DNA of 59,853 bases, counting the filler. It is 8 parts of 8 records of this genome, joined end to end, with 100 filler letters (N's around TTAATTAATTAA, not from the genome) between each part and the next. Parts side by side here need not be neighbours in the genome. Positions count along the whole stretch, not along the records: positions 44,230 to 52,323 come from SRR31156797_26977; positions 52,424 to 59,853 come from SRR31156797_26979; 6 more parts are not named here. One strand, given 5' to 3'. How positions within the stretch are numbered: position 1 is the first letter of the stretch; each line of letters begins with the position of its first letter. Under the pieces are notes generated by a model, which saw nothing but the letters and a program-made list of their open reading frames with translations, was not told where the DNA came from and did not search any database. A program made the position numbers and the translations under genes. Shown piece by piece: positions 49,212-58,009 of this stretch.

Positions 49212-50488
49212 CGGCTGCGCTGCAAGTCTCGGTACTGGTCGATCTCTATTGGTCGAAGGACGCTGGCGGCCATGTCAAATGCTGGGAAAAACTGGCCAGG
49301 GCGGCGATCGCACAGGCCGACCAACTGGACCTGACGGTTCATTTCCTGGGGCCCGACGGCGACGTCACCGAACTGTCGCCGAACGTCCGTTACCGGTTTC
49401 ACGCGCCGGCGCTGGCAACCGACCGCTTTCGTTTTCTGTCCGGCGTACCCGATCACACCGATCTCGGCCGCCGCAACAAAAGCCTTGAGGACGCCATTGG
49501 AAACGCCGACATCCTGCATACGACGATGACCGATTTCGCCTTCACCCGTTCGGCCGAACGTTTCGCCAGCGAACACGGCATTCCTTTGGTCAATTCCATG
49601 CATACGGACCTGCCCGGCTGCGGGCGCATCTTCGGCGCCAAGATCATCGAACGGATATTCGGCAAAAGCCTGTCGCGGCCCCTGCTCGACGGCGGTCTGC
49701 ATCTGGATCAAATGATCGAGCGCACCATCGTCGCCAAGGTCCGGCGCCATCAGAAAAAATGCGTCCATGCCCTGGTTTCGAAGCCGGAGGACCTGGCGGC
49801 GGCGGCCGAATCGCTGGGTGCCGAGCGCGTATCGTTCCTGCGGCGAGGCATCGACCGCGACCTTTTTTCACCGGCCCGGCGCGACAGGGCCTGGTTTCAG
49901 GAAACCTACGCCATCCCGCAAACCGACTTCGTGATCGCCTTTGCCGGGCGTTTGAACTTGGGAAAAAACGTTCGCATGCTGGCCGAAGCGGTTTCACGCC
50001 TGATCGATAGGGGATTGCCGGTCAGGCTGTTCTGCGCCGGCGACGGCGAAGACCGCGCCTTGATCGGTGAAATGCTGGGCGACCGTGCTATCTGTCCGGG
50101 AATTCTCGATCCCGAGACCCTGGCCCGCGTCTATGCCGGTGCCGATCTGTTCGCCAGTCCGTCGAAATTCGAAGTTTTGGGAAATGTCGTGTTGGAAGCC
50201 CTGTCGTCCGGCCTGCCGGTGTTCGTGGCAAAAGAAAGCGGCATGGGCCGCGTCGTGATCGACGGCGAAACCGGCCGGACCCTGGGTGGCGACGAAGTTC
50301 AGGCATGGACCGACGCCATCGAGCAAATCGTTCGAAACTCCGAACACCGCGATAGAATGGCCGCCGCCGCCAGGGCCTATGCGCAAACCGACATCCCGAC
50401 CTGGGACGACGTTCTCGCCCGAGATCTGTTGCCGGTCTGGCAAAAGGCGGCGGCTGGTACAGGTCGGGGCGGGGCAGGGGCATCGTGA
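49208..50488 (+). CDS. GT4 family glycosyltransferase
   Basis: AGGHVK, HTDLP, RRGID, FAGRL..GKN, PSKFEVLGNVVLEALSSGLPV (EX7E). Confidence 0.88.
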   Translation: MTAALQVSVLVDLYWSKDAGGHVKCWEKLARAAIAQADQLDLTVHFLGPDGDVTELSPNVRYRFHAPALATDRFRFLSGVPDHTDLGRRNKSLEDAIGNADILHTTMTDFAFTRSAERFASEHGIPLVNSMHTDLPGCGRIFGAKIIERIFGKSLSRPLLDGGLHLDQMIERTIVAKVRRHQKKCVHALVSKPEDLAAAAESLGAERVSFLRRGIDRDLFSPARRDRAWFQETYAIPQTDFVIAFAGRLNLGKNVRMLAEAVSRLIDRGLPVRLFCAGDGEDRALIGEMLGDRAICPGILDPETLARVYAGADLFASPSKFEVLGNVVLEALSSGLPVFVAKESGMGRVVIDGETGRTLGGDEVQAWTDAIEQIVRNSEHRDRMAAAARAYAQTDIPTWDDVLARDLLPVWQKAAAGTGRGGAGAS

Positions 50489-51276
50489 AACAGGATTTCG
50501 GCCAGAGGATACTCGTTCTCGTTCCGCACCCCGATGACGAAGTCGTCGGCTGCTGCGCCGCCATCGACCGTGCGATTGCCGGCGGCGCACAGGTTTTCGC
50601 CCTTTATCTGACCACCGGCGTGCCGTCGGCCGACGTCCTTTGGCCCTGGCATCGAAACGGTCATGGGGCCCGCGTTGCAACCCGGCGTGACGAAGCGGAA
50701 CGGGTCGCAAGCCTGATCGGCCTGAAGCCGGCCGGTTTTTCCGACATACCGACCCGGCAATTGCGCCATCACCTGGCCGAAACAAAGGCCCGCATCGAAA
50801 CCGCCATAACCGAGCACGCCATCGATACCCTGTGGACCCCGGCCTACGAAGGCGGCCACCAGGACCATGACGCCGCGAACGCGCTGGCCAGTCTATTCTC
50901 CGGACAAATCAGAGTATTGGAATTCGCCGAATACAATTTCCGGGGCGGCCGGGTGCGATCGCAACGTTTCGCCAATGAAACCGGCGCGGAAACGGTTCTC
51001 GATCTGTCGCAAGACGAGATCGAGCGCAAATTGGCCTGTCTGGCCGTCTACCAATCGGAAAAGGCCAACCTGCTTTTCGTCGAATCGAAGCGCGAATGTT
51101 TCCGCCCACTGGCCGACTACGCCTACGAGAAGCCCATTCATTCAGGTAAATTGTTCTACGAACGCTTCCATTGGGTGCCGTTCCGCCATCCGCGGGTCGA
51201 TTTCACGCCCTCGAAAGACGTCCGTGAAACCCTGTCGGCCTATCTCGATGCGCAGAAAAAGGATGAACGGGTTTGA
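50485..51276 (+). CDS. PIG-L/LmbE family deacetylase
   Basis: VPHPDDE, TRRDEA, GGHQDHD, YQSE. Confidence 0.88.
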   Translation: MKQDFGQRILVLVPHPDDEVVGCCAAIDRAIAGGAQVFALYLTTGVPSADVLWPWHRNGHGARVATRRDEAERVASLIGLKPAGFSDIPTRQLRHHLAETKARIETAITEHAIDTLWTPAYEGGHQDHDAANALASLFSGQIRVLEFAEYNFRGGRVRSQRFANETGAETVLDLSQDEIERKLACLAVYQSEKANLLFVESKRECFRPLADYAYEKPIHSGKLFYERFHWVPFRHPRVDFTPSKDVRETLSAYLDAQKKDERV

Positions 51277-51279
51277 TCG

Positions 51280-52323
51280 ATGAACAATAACCTGGCCGAC
51301 ACCTGCCGAAATGCGCTGATCGCCTGGGTCGGCGGCATGTCCCGCATGCCCGTGGCGGTATCGGTGGCGGCGGTCGCGGCAACGGTCCTGATCGCCGTCT
51401 ATGTCGCCGGCAATTTCTCGATCAACACCAATACCGACGACATCCTGTCGGCGGAATTGCCGTTCCGGAAGAATTCCATCGCCCTGAAACAGGCGTTCCC
51501 GCAACTGACCGACAACATCGTCATCGTCGTCGATGCGCAGACCGCCGATCTTGCCGACGATGCGGCGATTGCGCTGGGAACCGAACTTCGCAAGTCCCCG
51601 GAACTGTTCGGCAACGTGTTCGATCCGGCGGCGCATCCCTTTTTCCGCCGCAACGGCCTTTTGTTTCTGGACACAGACGAACTTTACGACCTCAGCGACC
51701 GATTGGCCGAGGCCCAGCCGTTTCTGGGCGTCCTGTGGCAGGATCCAAGCCTGCGCGGCCTGTTTTCCATGCTCGAACGCGCCATCGATTTCATCGTCGA
51801 AGACGGCGAAGAGGCGGTCCCGATCGAGATCGGCGGCGTCCTCGTCGCCATGTCCGACGTGATCGAAGCGCAAAGGGAAGGGCGGTTCGCCCAGCTTTCC
51901 TGGCAGAAACTGATGGTCGGAAACGACGACGAACCGAACCGGCGTTTCGTCGTTATCGAACCGCCGCTCGATTATTCGTCGTTGCTACCGGCCGGCCCGG
52001 CCCTTCGCGGGGTGCGCGAAACTGCGGCCGTGTTGGGCCTGACACCCGACAACGGTGTTCTTATCCGGCTGACCGGCCCGGCCGCCATGGCCCATGACGA
52101 ATTGAAAAGCGTCGAGGCGGGCATGGGATTTGCCGGCCTTCTGTCCTTGTCGCTGGTCGTCATCCTCCTTCTTGTCGGCTTCAAATCGATCCGGCTGGCG
52201 GCGGCGACCTTCGTCACACTGATCATGGGCCTGATCTGGACGGCCGGGTTCGCGATGCTGGCCATCGGCGAATTCAACCTGATCTCGGTCGCCTTCGCCG
52301 TCCTGTTCATCGGCCTTAGCGTC
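51280..52323 (+). CDS. hpnN: Hopanoid-associated RND/MMPL transporter (3'-truncated)
   Basis: FSINTNT..ILSAELPFR, FFRRNGLLFL, RLTGP, NLISVAFAVLFIGLSV. Confidence 0.88.
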
Positions 52324-52423
52324 NNNNNNNNNNNNNNNNNNNNNNNNNNNNNNNNNNNNNNNNNNNNTTAATTAATTAANNNNNNNNNNNNNNNNNNNNN
52401 NNNNNNNNNNNNNNNNNNNNNNN
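52324..52423. other. Artificial contig linker
   Basis: N44-TTAATTAATTAA-N44. Confidence 0.98.
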
Positions 52424-52744
52424 ATCGACCAGATTGTCGAAATTGTAGGTGCTGCGAACTCTCTGCAATCGCTTGGTTGCGACGTCGAGGCGATCAAAAA
52501 CCAGATCGATCCGGGTTTGGCTCGGATCCAGACGTGCTGTTTCGACCGCACGCAGAAGGGTCGAAAAATCGTGCGCGATAAGGGCGATATCGTAGGACTG
52601 CTCGAAAACGGTACCGGGCAATCCTTCCTCGACCGATTTGGACGTCAGGTTGACGAAAACCCCGATCCCGACGACGGTTGCCAGCGCAACGCCGGCAAGA
52701 AACATCGCTGATCCGGAAAAAATCGAATTGAGTTGTGCTCGCAT
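52424..52744 (-). CDS. Membrane-anchored sensor-like protein, N-terminal fragment
   Basis: N-terminal TM helix followed by amphipathic helices. Truncated, so the signalling function is inferred only. Confidence 0.45.
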
Positions 52745-52903
52745 TGGTCGGACGTCTCCATGTCGTTCTTATGACCGGTTTTTCCGGTTTTCGATTGGCG
52801 GGATTGGGCGGCCACTCGAAAATTCTTACCGGCCTTCTTGCTATTGGCTCGAAACAGTTCCTCAAACGAGGAATGCCAAGCATGAAAGGGGTTTGCCGTG
52901 GGG

Positions 52904-53941
52904 CTAATCGGCGCCGTCGCCGGGGTTCAATCCGACACCGCGATAGAACCGGGCGGCGCCTGGATGAACCGGGACTGTTACCCCCGTAAGGGCGCTTTCC
53001 AGCTGGATGAACCGCCCCTTCGGATGGCCGTTTTGCAGCAGCCGTGCGGTGCGTTGGCTCCAAAGCGACCGGGTCACCTCAAAAACCAGATCTTCCGGGA
53101 TATCGGCCCGGACGACGAAAAGGGCCATGACTTCCAGGGTCGGGGTTTTGCCGACCCGGCCGTATATCCCTTCCGGGATCTCGCCTCGCTGAAGAAAGCC
53201 GTTTTCCTTGGTTATTTTGTCGACCTCGGGCCCGGTCACGGCAAGGAGGGAAACGTCGAGCTCGCTCGACAGCTCAAGGATCGAAGAAGCCGGGTAACCG
53301 GCGAAAATCAGAAACGCGTCGAGCGTTCCGCCGATCATTTTTTTCGCCGAAAGTGCCGGTTTGACGTATTCCGGACTTATCTCGCTTTCCGACAGGCCGT
53401 AGGCGGCCATCAAAATGCAGGAATCGATCAGGGTTCCCGACCCCGGTTCGTCCAATGAAACCCGCTTTCCCCGAAGATCCCGGACCGAGCGAATGCCGCC
53501 GTCGCGACGCACCACGATATGAAGACTTTCCGGATACAGCGCGGCAATGGCCCGCAGGCTCGATACGCGCCCTTTTTTCTCGAAAATTTCGGCTCCCTTG
53601 TAGGCCCAGAAGGCCGTATCCGCCTGAACCAGGGCCGCCTCCAACTCTCCCGACGCAAGGGAGTTGATGTTCGACACGGAGCCATTCGAAATCTGGGCGA
53701 CCGACAGGATACCGGGAACACCGCAGACCGTTCCCGGTTCGCAGACTTCATCGGAAGCCGGTTCGATAAGCCCCCGGGCGATCAGGGATCCGATCGGAAA
53801 GTAGGTTCCGGCGACACCGCCCGTACCGATGCGGAAATAGGGGCTGGATTTCGGCGCGGCGCCGACACCATCGGCGGTAACCACAGAGAGGCAAACACCA
53901 ACCGCGACCAAGAGATGGAGATTTTTGAGCCAAGGACCCAT
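52904..53941 (-). CDS. TAXI family TRAP solute-binding protein
   Basis: IGTGGVAGTYFPIG, SNGSVSNI, LYPESLHIV, DLRGKRVS..EPGSGT, PVHPGAARFY. Confidence 0.92.
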   Translation of the reverse strand: MGPWLKNLHLLVAVGVCLSVVTADGVGAAPKSSPYFRIGTGGVAGTYFPIGSLIARGLIEPASDEVCEPGTVCGVPGILSVAQISNGSVSNINSLASGELEAALVQADTAFWAYKGAEIFEKKGRVSSLRAIAALYPESLHIVVRRDGGIRSVRDLRGKRVSLDEPGSGTLIDSCILMAAYGLSESEISPEYVKPALSAKKMIGGTLDAFLIFAGYPASSILELSSELDVSLLAVTGPEVDKITKENGFLQRGEIPEGIYGRVGKTPTLEVMALFVVRADIPEDLVFEVTRSLWSQRTARLLQNGHPKGRFIQLESALTGVTVPVHPGAARFYRGVGLNPGDGAD

Positions 53942-54340
53942 CGGTGAACTTCCCCCCAGAGTAGTTCTCTACTTAAGCGTCATCGCACATTACCACAGGT
54001 AGACAGCCCTCCCCTCGGCGTGGGGCGGTTTCCAGCTGGTGGCATGCGGTTTGCGCCAAAGTCGGCCATTCGACGTCGACAAATCACAGCTTCCGAAGCC
54101 TGAAATCAGGCTTGCGGTGCGGTCGGTATCAGCGCCTATGTCGTTGCTCTGCGACAATTTGCCGCCACCATGCATGTCAAACCATGGTCCGAAAACAAAT
54201 ACTCCCAGGAAAAGACATACAGTGCGGCGTATCGGAATAAAATTCGGGAATCTACCGATAGGGCCGGCAATCCTAAGATTTGCCGATGTTTTGCCGCCGG
54301 TGGGGGGCGGGAAATTCCGTTGTCGGCCCTGCCGGACCCC

Positions 54341-55339
54341 TCAACCGACTTCGGAAATCAGAATTGCCTCGGTCAGTTTCAGGTCGTCCTCCAGGCTGCG
54401 GAAGGGCCGGATATTCTTCTCTTTCAGCACGGCGTGGTAGCCGCGAACCGCTTCTTCCGGGGCCAGCTTTCCTTCAACCACCTGGCGCATCATGGCGACG
54501 ACGTCCAACGGCGATTCAGCCAGATTGATCTTGCGCCCGAACAGCGCCACCTTGGCGCCGTGGCTGGCGGCCTGGCGGAGCAGGGTAAAGGTATCGGCCG
54601 AGGTGCCGGCCGAACCGCCGAGAACGCCGACGACCAACTGGTCGTCATAGGCGCACAGTTCATCCATGGCGGCCGCGCCGTTATAGGCGATCTTCAGGAA
54701 CAGCGGTGATTCGGCTTCGGACAAACCGGCCAGGGCGTGCAGGATGTTGTCGTTGACGAAATACCCGATGTCGGCCGCGTCGATTCCCGTTTCCACGTTC
54801 GGATTGAAGACCTCCAGGAAGTAGCGCATGCCGGTCGCTTCGGCATCGGCGCGGAATTCGCTGAATGCCTGCAGCGTGCGCAGGTCGGCGTCGACGTCGT
54901 TGACGAAGGTCATCGAATAGAGGCAGAGGTCGCAGCCCAGGCGGCGCGCATGGGCGAGATTGGCCGAGCGGAACGGGCGGGACGCCTGCTTAAGGTAATT
55001 GGCGTGCCGGGTGTTCCAGATATCGGTGGAATCGTTGGCGCGAATGGCCGGCGTCACCTGCGAGCCGTCGAACGTGCCGCCGGCGGCCAGCCGTTCATAG
55101 CAGCTGACGCTGGTCAGCATGATATCGACAAGATCCTGTGCGACGATCGCGCGCATCTGATCGAGATATTCTTTCAGCGTCTTGTAGCCGACGGTCGGCA
55201 TGCCGTCGGCCCCGATGCGCGGACCGGGCGCGGTTGTCGCGAACCCCATGTCGCCGTCCTTGGCATCGGCGATGATGAAATCGGCGGGCGTGCCGGTGCC
55301 GGCAAGGGTTCGGGAAAGCTTGTCGTCTAATCGGGCCAT
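54341..55339 (-). CDS. Uncharacterised class I aldolase-like TIM-barrel protein
   Basis: ADAKD, FLEVFNP, LFLKIAY (candidate Schiff-base Lys), VLGG, LFGRKI; the motif order of DhnA/LacD/LsrF-type aldolases. Confidence 0.6.
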   Translation of the reverse strand: MARLDDKLSRTLAGTGTPADFIIADAKDGDMGFATTAPGPRIGADGMPTVGYKTLKEYLDQMRAIVAQDLVDIMLTSVSCYERLAAGGTFDGSQVTPAIRANDSTDIWNTRHANYLKQASRPFRSANLAHARRLGCDLCLYSMTFVNDVDADLRTLQAFSEFRADAEATGMRYFLEVFNPNVETGIDAADIGYFVNDNILHALAGLSEAESPLFLKIAYNGAAAMDELCAYDDQLVVGVLGGSAGTSADTFTLLRQAASHGAKVALFGRKINLAESPLDVVAMMRQVVEGKLAPEEAVRGYHAVLKEKNIRPFRSLEDDLKLTEAILISEVG

Positions 55340-55383
55340 TTCTTGTTTTCTCCCAGGATCAGGTTTGTCGGACCGCGTTGCAG

Positions 55384-56058
55384 TCAATTGACGGGCAATT
55401 CATTCCACAGCGGATGAAGGGCGGGCTCGTCCTCGATGATTTTCGTGAACCGCGGCAGGGGTTCTTGGAAATAGTTGTCGGCGTGATCGTCGTTGACCTG
55501 CGACACCTCGCCGGCCAGCACCGCACCGGAACCGGCTTCGCCGTAAAAACGGTGCTCCAGGAACCGCTCGATGGTGATGCTTTCGCCGGGGCGCAGAACC
55601 AGCGGCTCTCCCGGCGCGACCGTGCGGGCGATCCCGTCGGTGCGAACCGTGACGTCGGTATCCAGGCGGTTTCCCCGTTCATCCAGGTTGTACATCTCGA
55701 TGACCATGTTGCCGCCGCCGCGGACAATGATGTCTTCCATCTTCACCTTGTGGGAATGGAACGGAATGAACTGCATTTCGCCAACTACCATCAGTTTCTC
55801 GGCGTAGGGCATGCCGTCGGGGTCGTCCTGGCGGCCGTTGCGCAGGCAAAACAGCAACAGACCGAATTCGTCGTATCGGCCTTTTTGGAAATCGGTGACG
55901 TCCCAGCCCATCTGGCGGTCGAGACACCATCTGGCCACGTCCGGATTCTGTTTCCATTGATCGACCGACCATTCGGCCCAGGGCGGCAGGTGAAATCGAT
56001 GTTCGGCGAAAAGCCGCTTCGCCTCGCGAATGGCAACATTGATGGTCGATCGCTTCAC
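55384..56058 (-). CDS. D-lyxose/D-mannose family ketol-isomerase (cupin)
   Basis: MKRSTIN, GWDVTDF, YAEKLM, PFHSH..KMEDII.RGGG, GEVSQVNDD..DN.F. Confidence 0.9.
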   Translation of the reverse strand: MKRSTINVAIREAKRLFAEHRFHLPPWAEWSVDQWKQNPDVARWCLDRQMGWDVTDFQKGRYDEFGLLLFCLRNGRQDDPDGMPYAEKLMVVGEMQFIPFHSHKVKMEDIIVRGGGNMVIEMYNLDERGNRLDTDVTVRTDGIARTVAPGEPLVLRPGESITIERFLEHRFYGEAGSGAVLAGEVSQVNDDHADNYFQEPLPRFTKIIEDEPALHPLWNELPVN

Positions 56059-56125
56059 GTTTTTTCGATCCTTCGGTTATTATAAGATCGGAAGCCCCGG
56101 GTTGCCGGTAACCCGGACCTGCCGT

Positions 56126-56986
56126 CTATCCCTTCACCGCGCCCAGGGTCAGGCCGCGCACGATATAGCGTTGCGCCAAAAGCGCAACCAGCACCGGCGG
56201 AATCATGGCGATCATCGCGCGCACCCCCATGAACCAGAACTGCACGCCCCGGGTATCGACGGCGCCGGCCATATGCACGGGAACCGTGATCGCATCCCGG
56301 CTCGACAGCGTGATGGCGAAAAGGAACTCGTTCCAGGAAAAGGCGAAAATGATCAACCCGGTCGCGGCGATGCTGGGTGCCGCCAGCGGCAGGACGATTT
56401 GCAGGAATGCCGTCATGTAGCCGCCGCCGTCGACCAGGGTCGCTTCCTCCAGTTCGATCGGCATGTCGATGAAGGTCTGGCGCAGGATGACGACAACGAA
56501 CGGCAATACGAATGTGGCGTTGATCAGGATCAGCGCCAATTGCGTATCCAAAAGGCTGAAATACCTGAAGACCAGGTAAAACGGAATGATCGTCGCCACC
56601 GGCGGCAGGACGCGCTGGGACAAGAACCAGATCGTGATGTCCTTGTTGCCGATGATGCGGAAATTGAACCGCGCCAGCGCATAGGCCGCCGGTGTGCCGA
56701 GCAGCAGCGCCAGCAAGGATGCGCCGACGGCGATCATCGTACTGTTGGTCAGGGCCCGTTTGGCTTCCGGCGAGGCGATTTGCGACACCCAGTTGTCGAT
56801 GGTCGGCTCGAAGTGGATCCACGGAATGCCCAGGCCGGACACCGTGAACGTATCGAGCGGATTGCGCAGGCTCGTCGAAAAAGCCCAATAGATGGGAAAC
56901 AGGAAGATCAGGGCAACGCAGATGCCGATCAGCGAATAAATCGCATAGCGCAGAGGTTCGCCGCTGGTTCCGATTTGATCACGCAT
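56126..56986 (-). CDS. Carbohydrate ABC transporter permease (MalG-like)
   Basis: ELEEATLVDG, FSWNEFLFA, GLTLGAVKG. Confidence 0.93.
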   Translation of the reverse strand: MRDQIGTSGEPLRYAIYSLIGICVALIFLFPIYWAFSTSLRNPLDTFTVSGLGIPWIHFEPTIDNWVSQIASPEAKRALTNSTMIAVGASLLALLLGTPAAYALARFNFRIIGNKDITIWFLSQRVLPPVATIIPFYLVFRYFSLLDTQLALILINATFVLPFVVVILRQTFIDMPIELEEATLVDGGGYMTAFLQIVLPLAAPSIAATGLIIFAFSWNEFLFAITLSSRDAITVPVHMAGAVDTRGVQFWFMGVRAMIAMIPPVLVALLAQRYIVRGLTLGAVKG

Positions 56987-57926
56987 AGGTATCCCTCAGT
57001 TTCCTGAAGAAGAAAGTGACAACGATCATGGTGAAGATCAGCAACATGTAGGCCATGGCGCTGGCATAACCGAGATCGAAGAATCTCAACCCCGTCCTGA
57101 AACTCAGGAAGGAATAGGATTGGGTGGCGACGCCGGGACCGCCTCCGGTCAGGGCGAAGGGCACGTCGAAAAGCTTCAGCGCCTCGGCGACACGCAACAG
57201 CAGAACGATGATGACTGTCGGCTGCAGGATCGGCAGCACGACTTCCTTCATCATGTCCCAACCCGACGCGCCGTCGACCACGGCCGCTTCGTAAAGTTCG
57301 TCCGGCACCGATTGCAGGGCGGCCAGGAAAACCAGGAAGCAGAAAGGCGTCCATTGCCAGATGTCGACGAATACGACGCTGGCCAGGGCCCAGTTCGGGT
57401 TTGACAGGAACTGGATGCCGGTGAAGCCCAGCGGGCCGCCCTCCTCGTAGAAAATGGTGAAAAACAAATAGCCCACCGCAATGGGCGTCGCGAAAATGGG
57501 CAAGATCATGACCGCCCGCATGGCGGCGCGCCCGAACAGGTTCCGGTTGAACAGCAAGGCCAGACAGAAGCCCAACAACAATTCGGCCGGCACCGCCGTC
57601 AGAATGAAAATGGCGGTGACCTTGACGGCACTGATGACCTGACTGTCCGAGAAAGCGCGCTTGAAATTGTCGACCCCGATGAATGTCGAGATCGATTTCT
57701 GTTCCTTGTGCACGATCGAGCGCGTCCGCGGTTTGCCCGATTTGAGGATCACCGGATTGCCCTCTTTATCGAGAACTACCACCCGTTCGCGCGTGATCTC
57801 GGTTTTGTTCTCAATGTTGAAAAAGGCCAGATAAAGGGAATAGCCCAACGGAAAGATTGTAAAGGCCAGAACCCATATCACGGCCGGCATGAGAAACAGG
57901 AATTTTACCCGTCCCGTCCAGCGCAT
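56979..57926 (-). CDS. Carbohydrate ABC transporter permease (MalF-like)
   Basis: DIWQWTPF, ELYEAAVVDGAS, LTGGGPG, DLGYASA. Confidence 0.93.
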   Translation of the reverse strand: MRWTGRVKFLFLMPAVIWVLAFTIFPLGYSLYLAFFNIENKTEITRERVVVLDKEGNPVILKSGKPRTRSIVHKEQKSISTFIGVDNFKRAFSDSQVISAVKVTAIFILTAVPAELLLGFCLALLFNRNLFGRAAMRAVMILPIFATPIAVGYLFFTIFYEEGGPLGFTGIQFLSNPNWALASVVFVDIWQWTPFCFLVFLAALQSVPDELYEAAVVDGASGWDMMKEVVLPILQPTVIIVLLLRVAEALKLFDVPFALTGGGPGVATQSYSFLSFRTGLRFFDLGYASAMAYMLLIFTMIVVTFFFRKLRDTYA

Positions 57927-58009
57927 TGCGACGTCACCTTCTTTGTTGGCTCTCCGGCGGAAAGGAGCAGCCGGCTTCTGTCCGGCTGCTCCAGGTTACC
58001 GCGGATATC

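Noticed and set aside
9665-52423. Seven copies of TTAATTAATTAA within N runs, resembling a regular repeat family
   Set aside because: Identical 100-nt artificial linkers with six-frame stops that join unrelated contigs. ORFs running into them are truncated, not fused.
53945-54340. About 400-nt intergenic region upstream of the TAXI gene as a possible riboswitch or sRNA
   Set aside because: Only short scattered hairpins (e.g. AAGCCTGA/TCAGGCTT) and no motif I can assign. An Rfam search would be needed.
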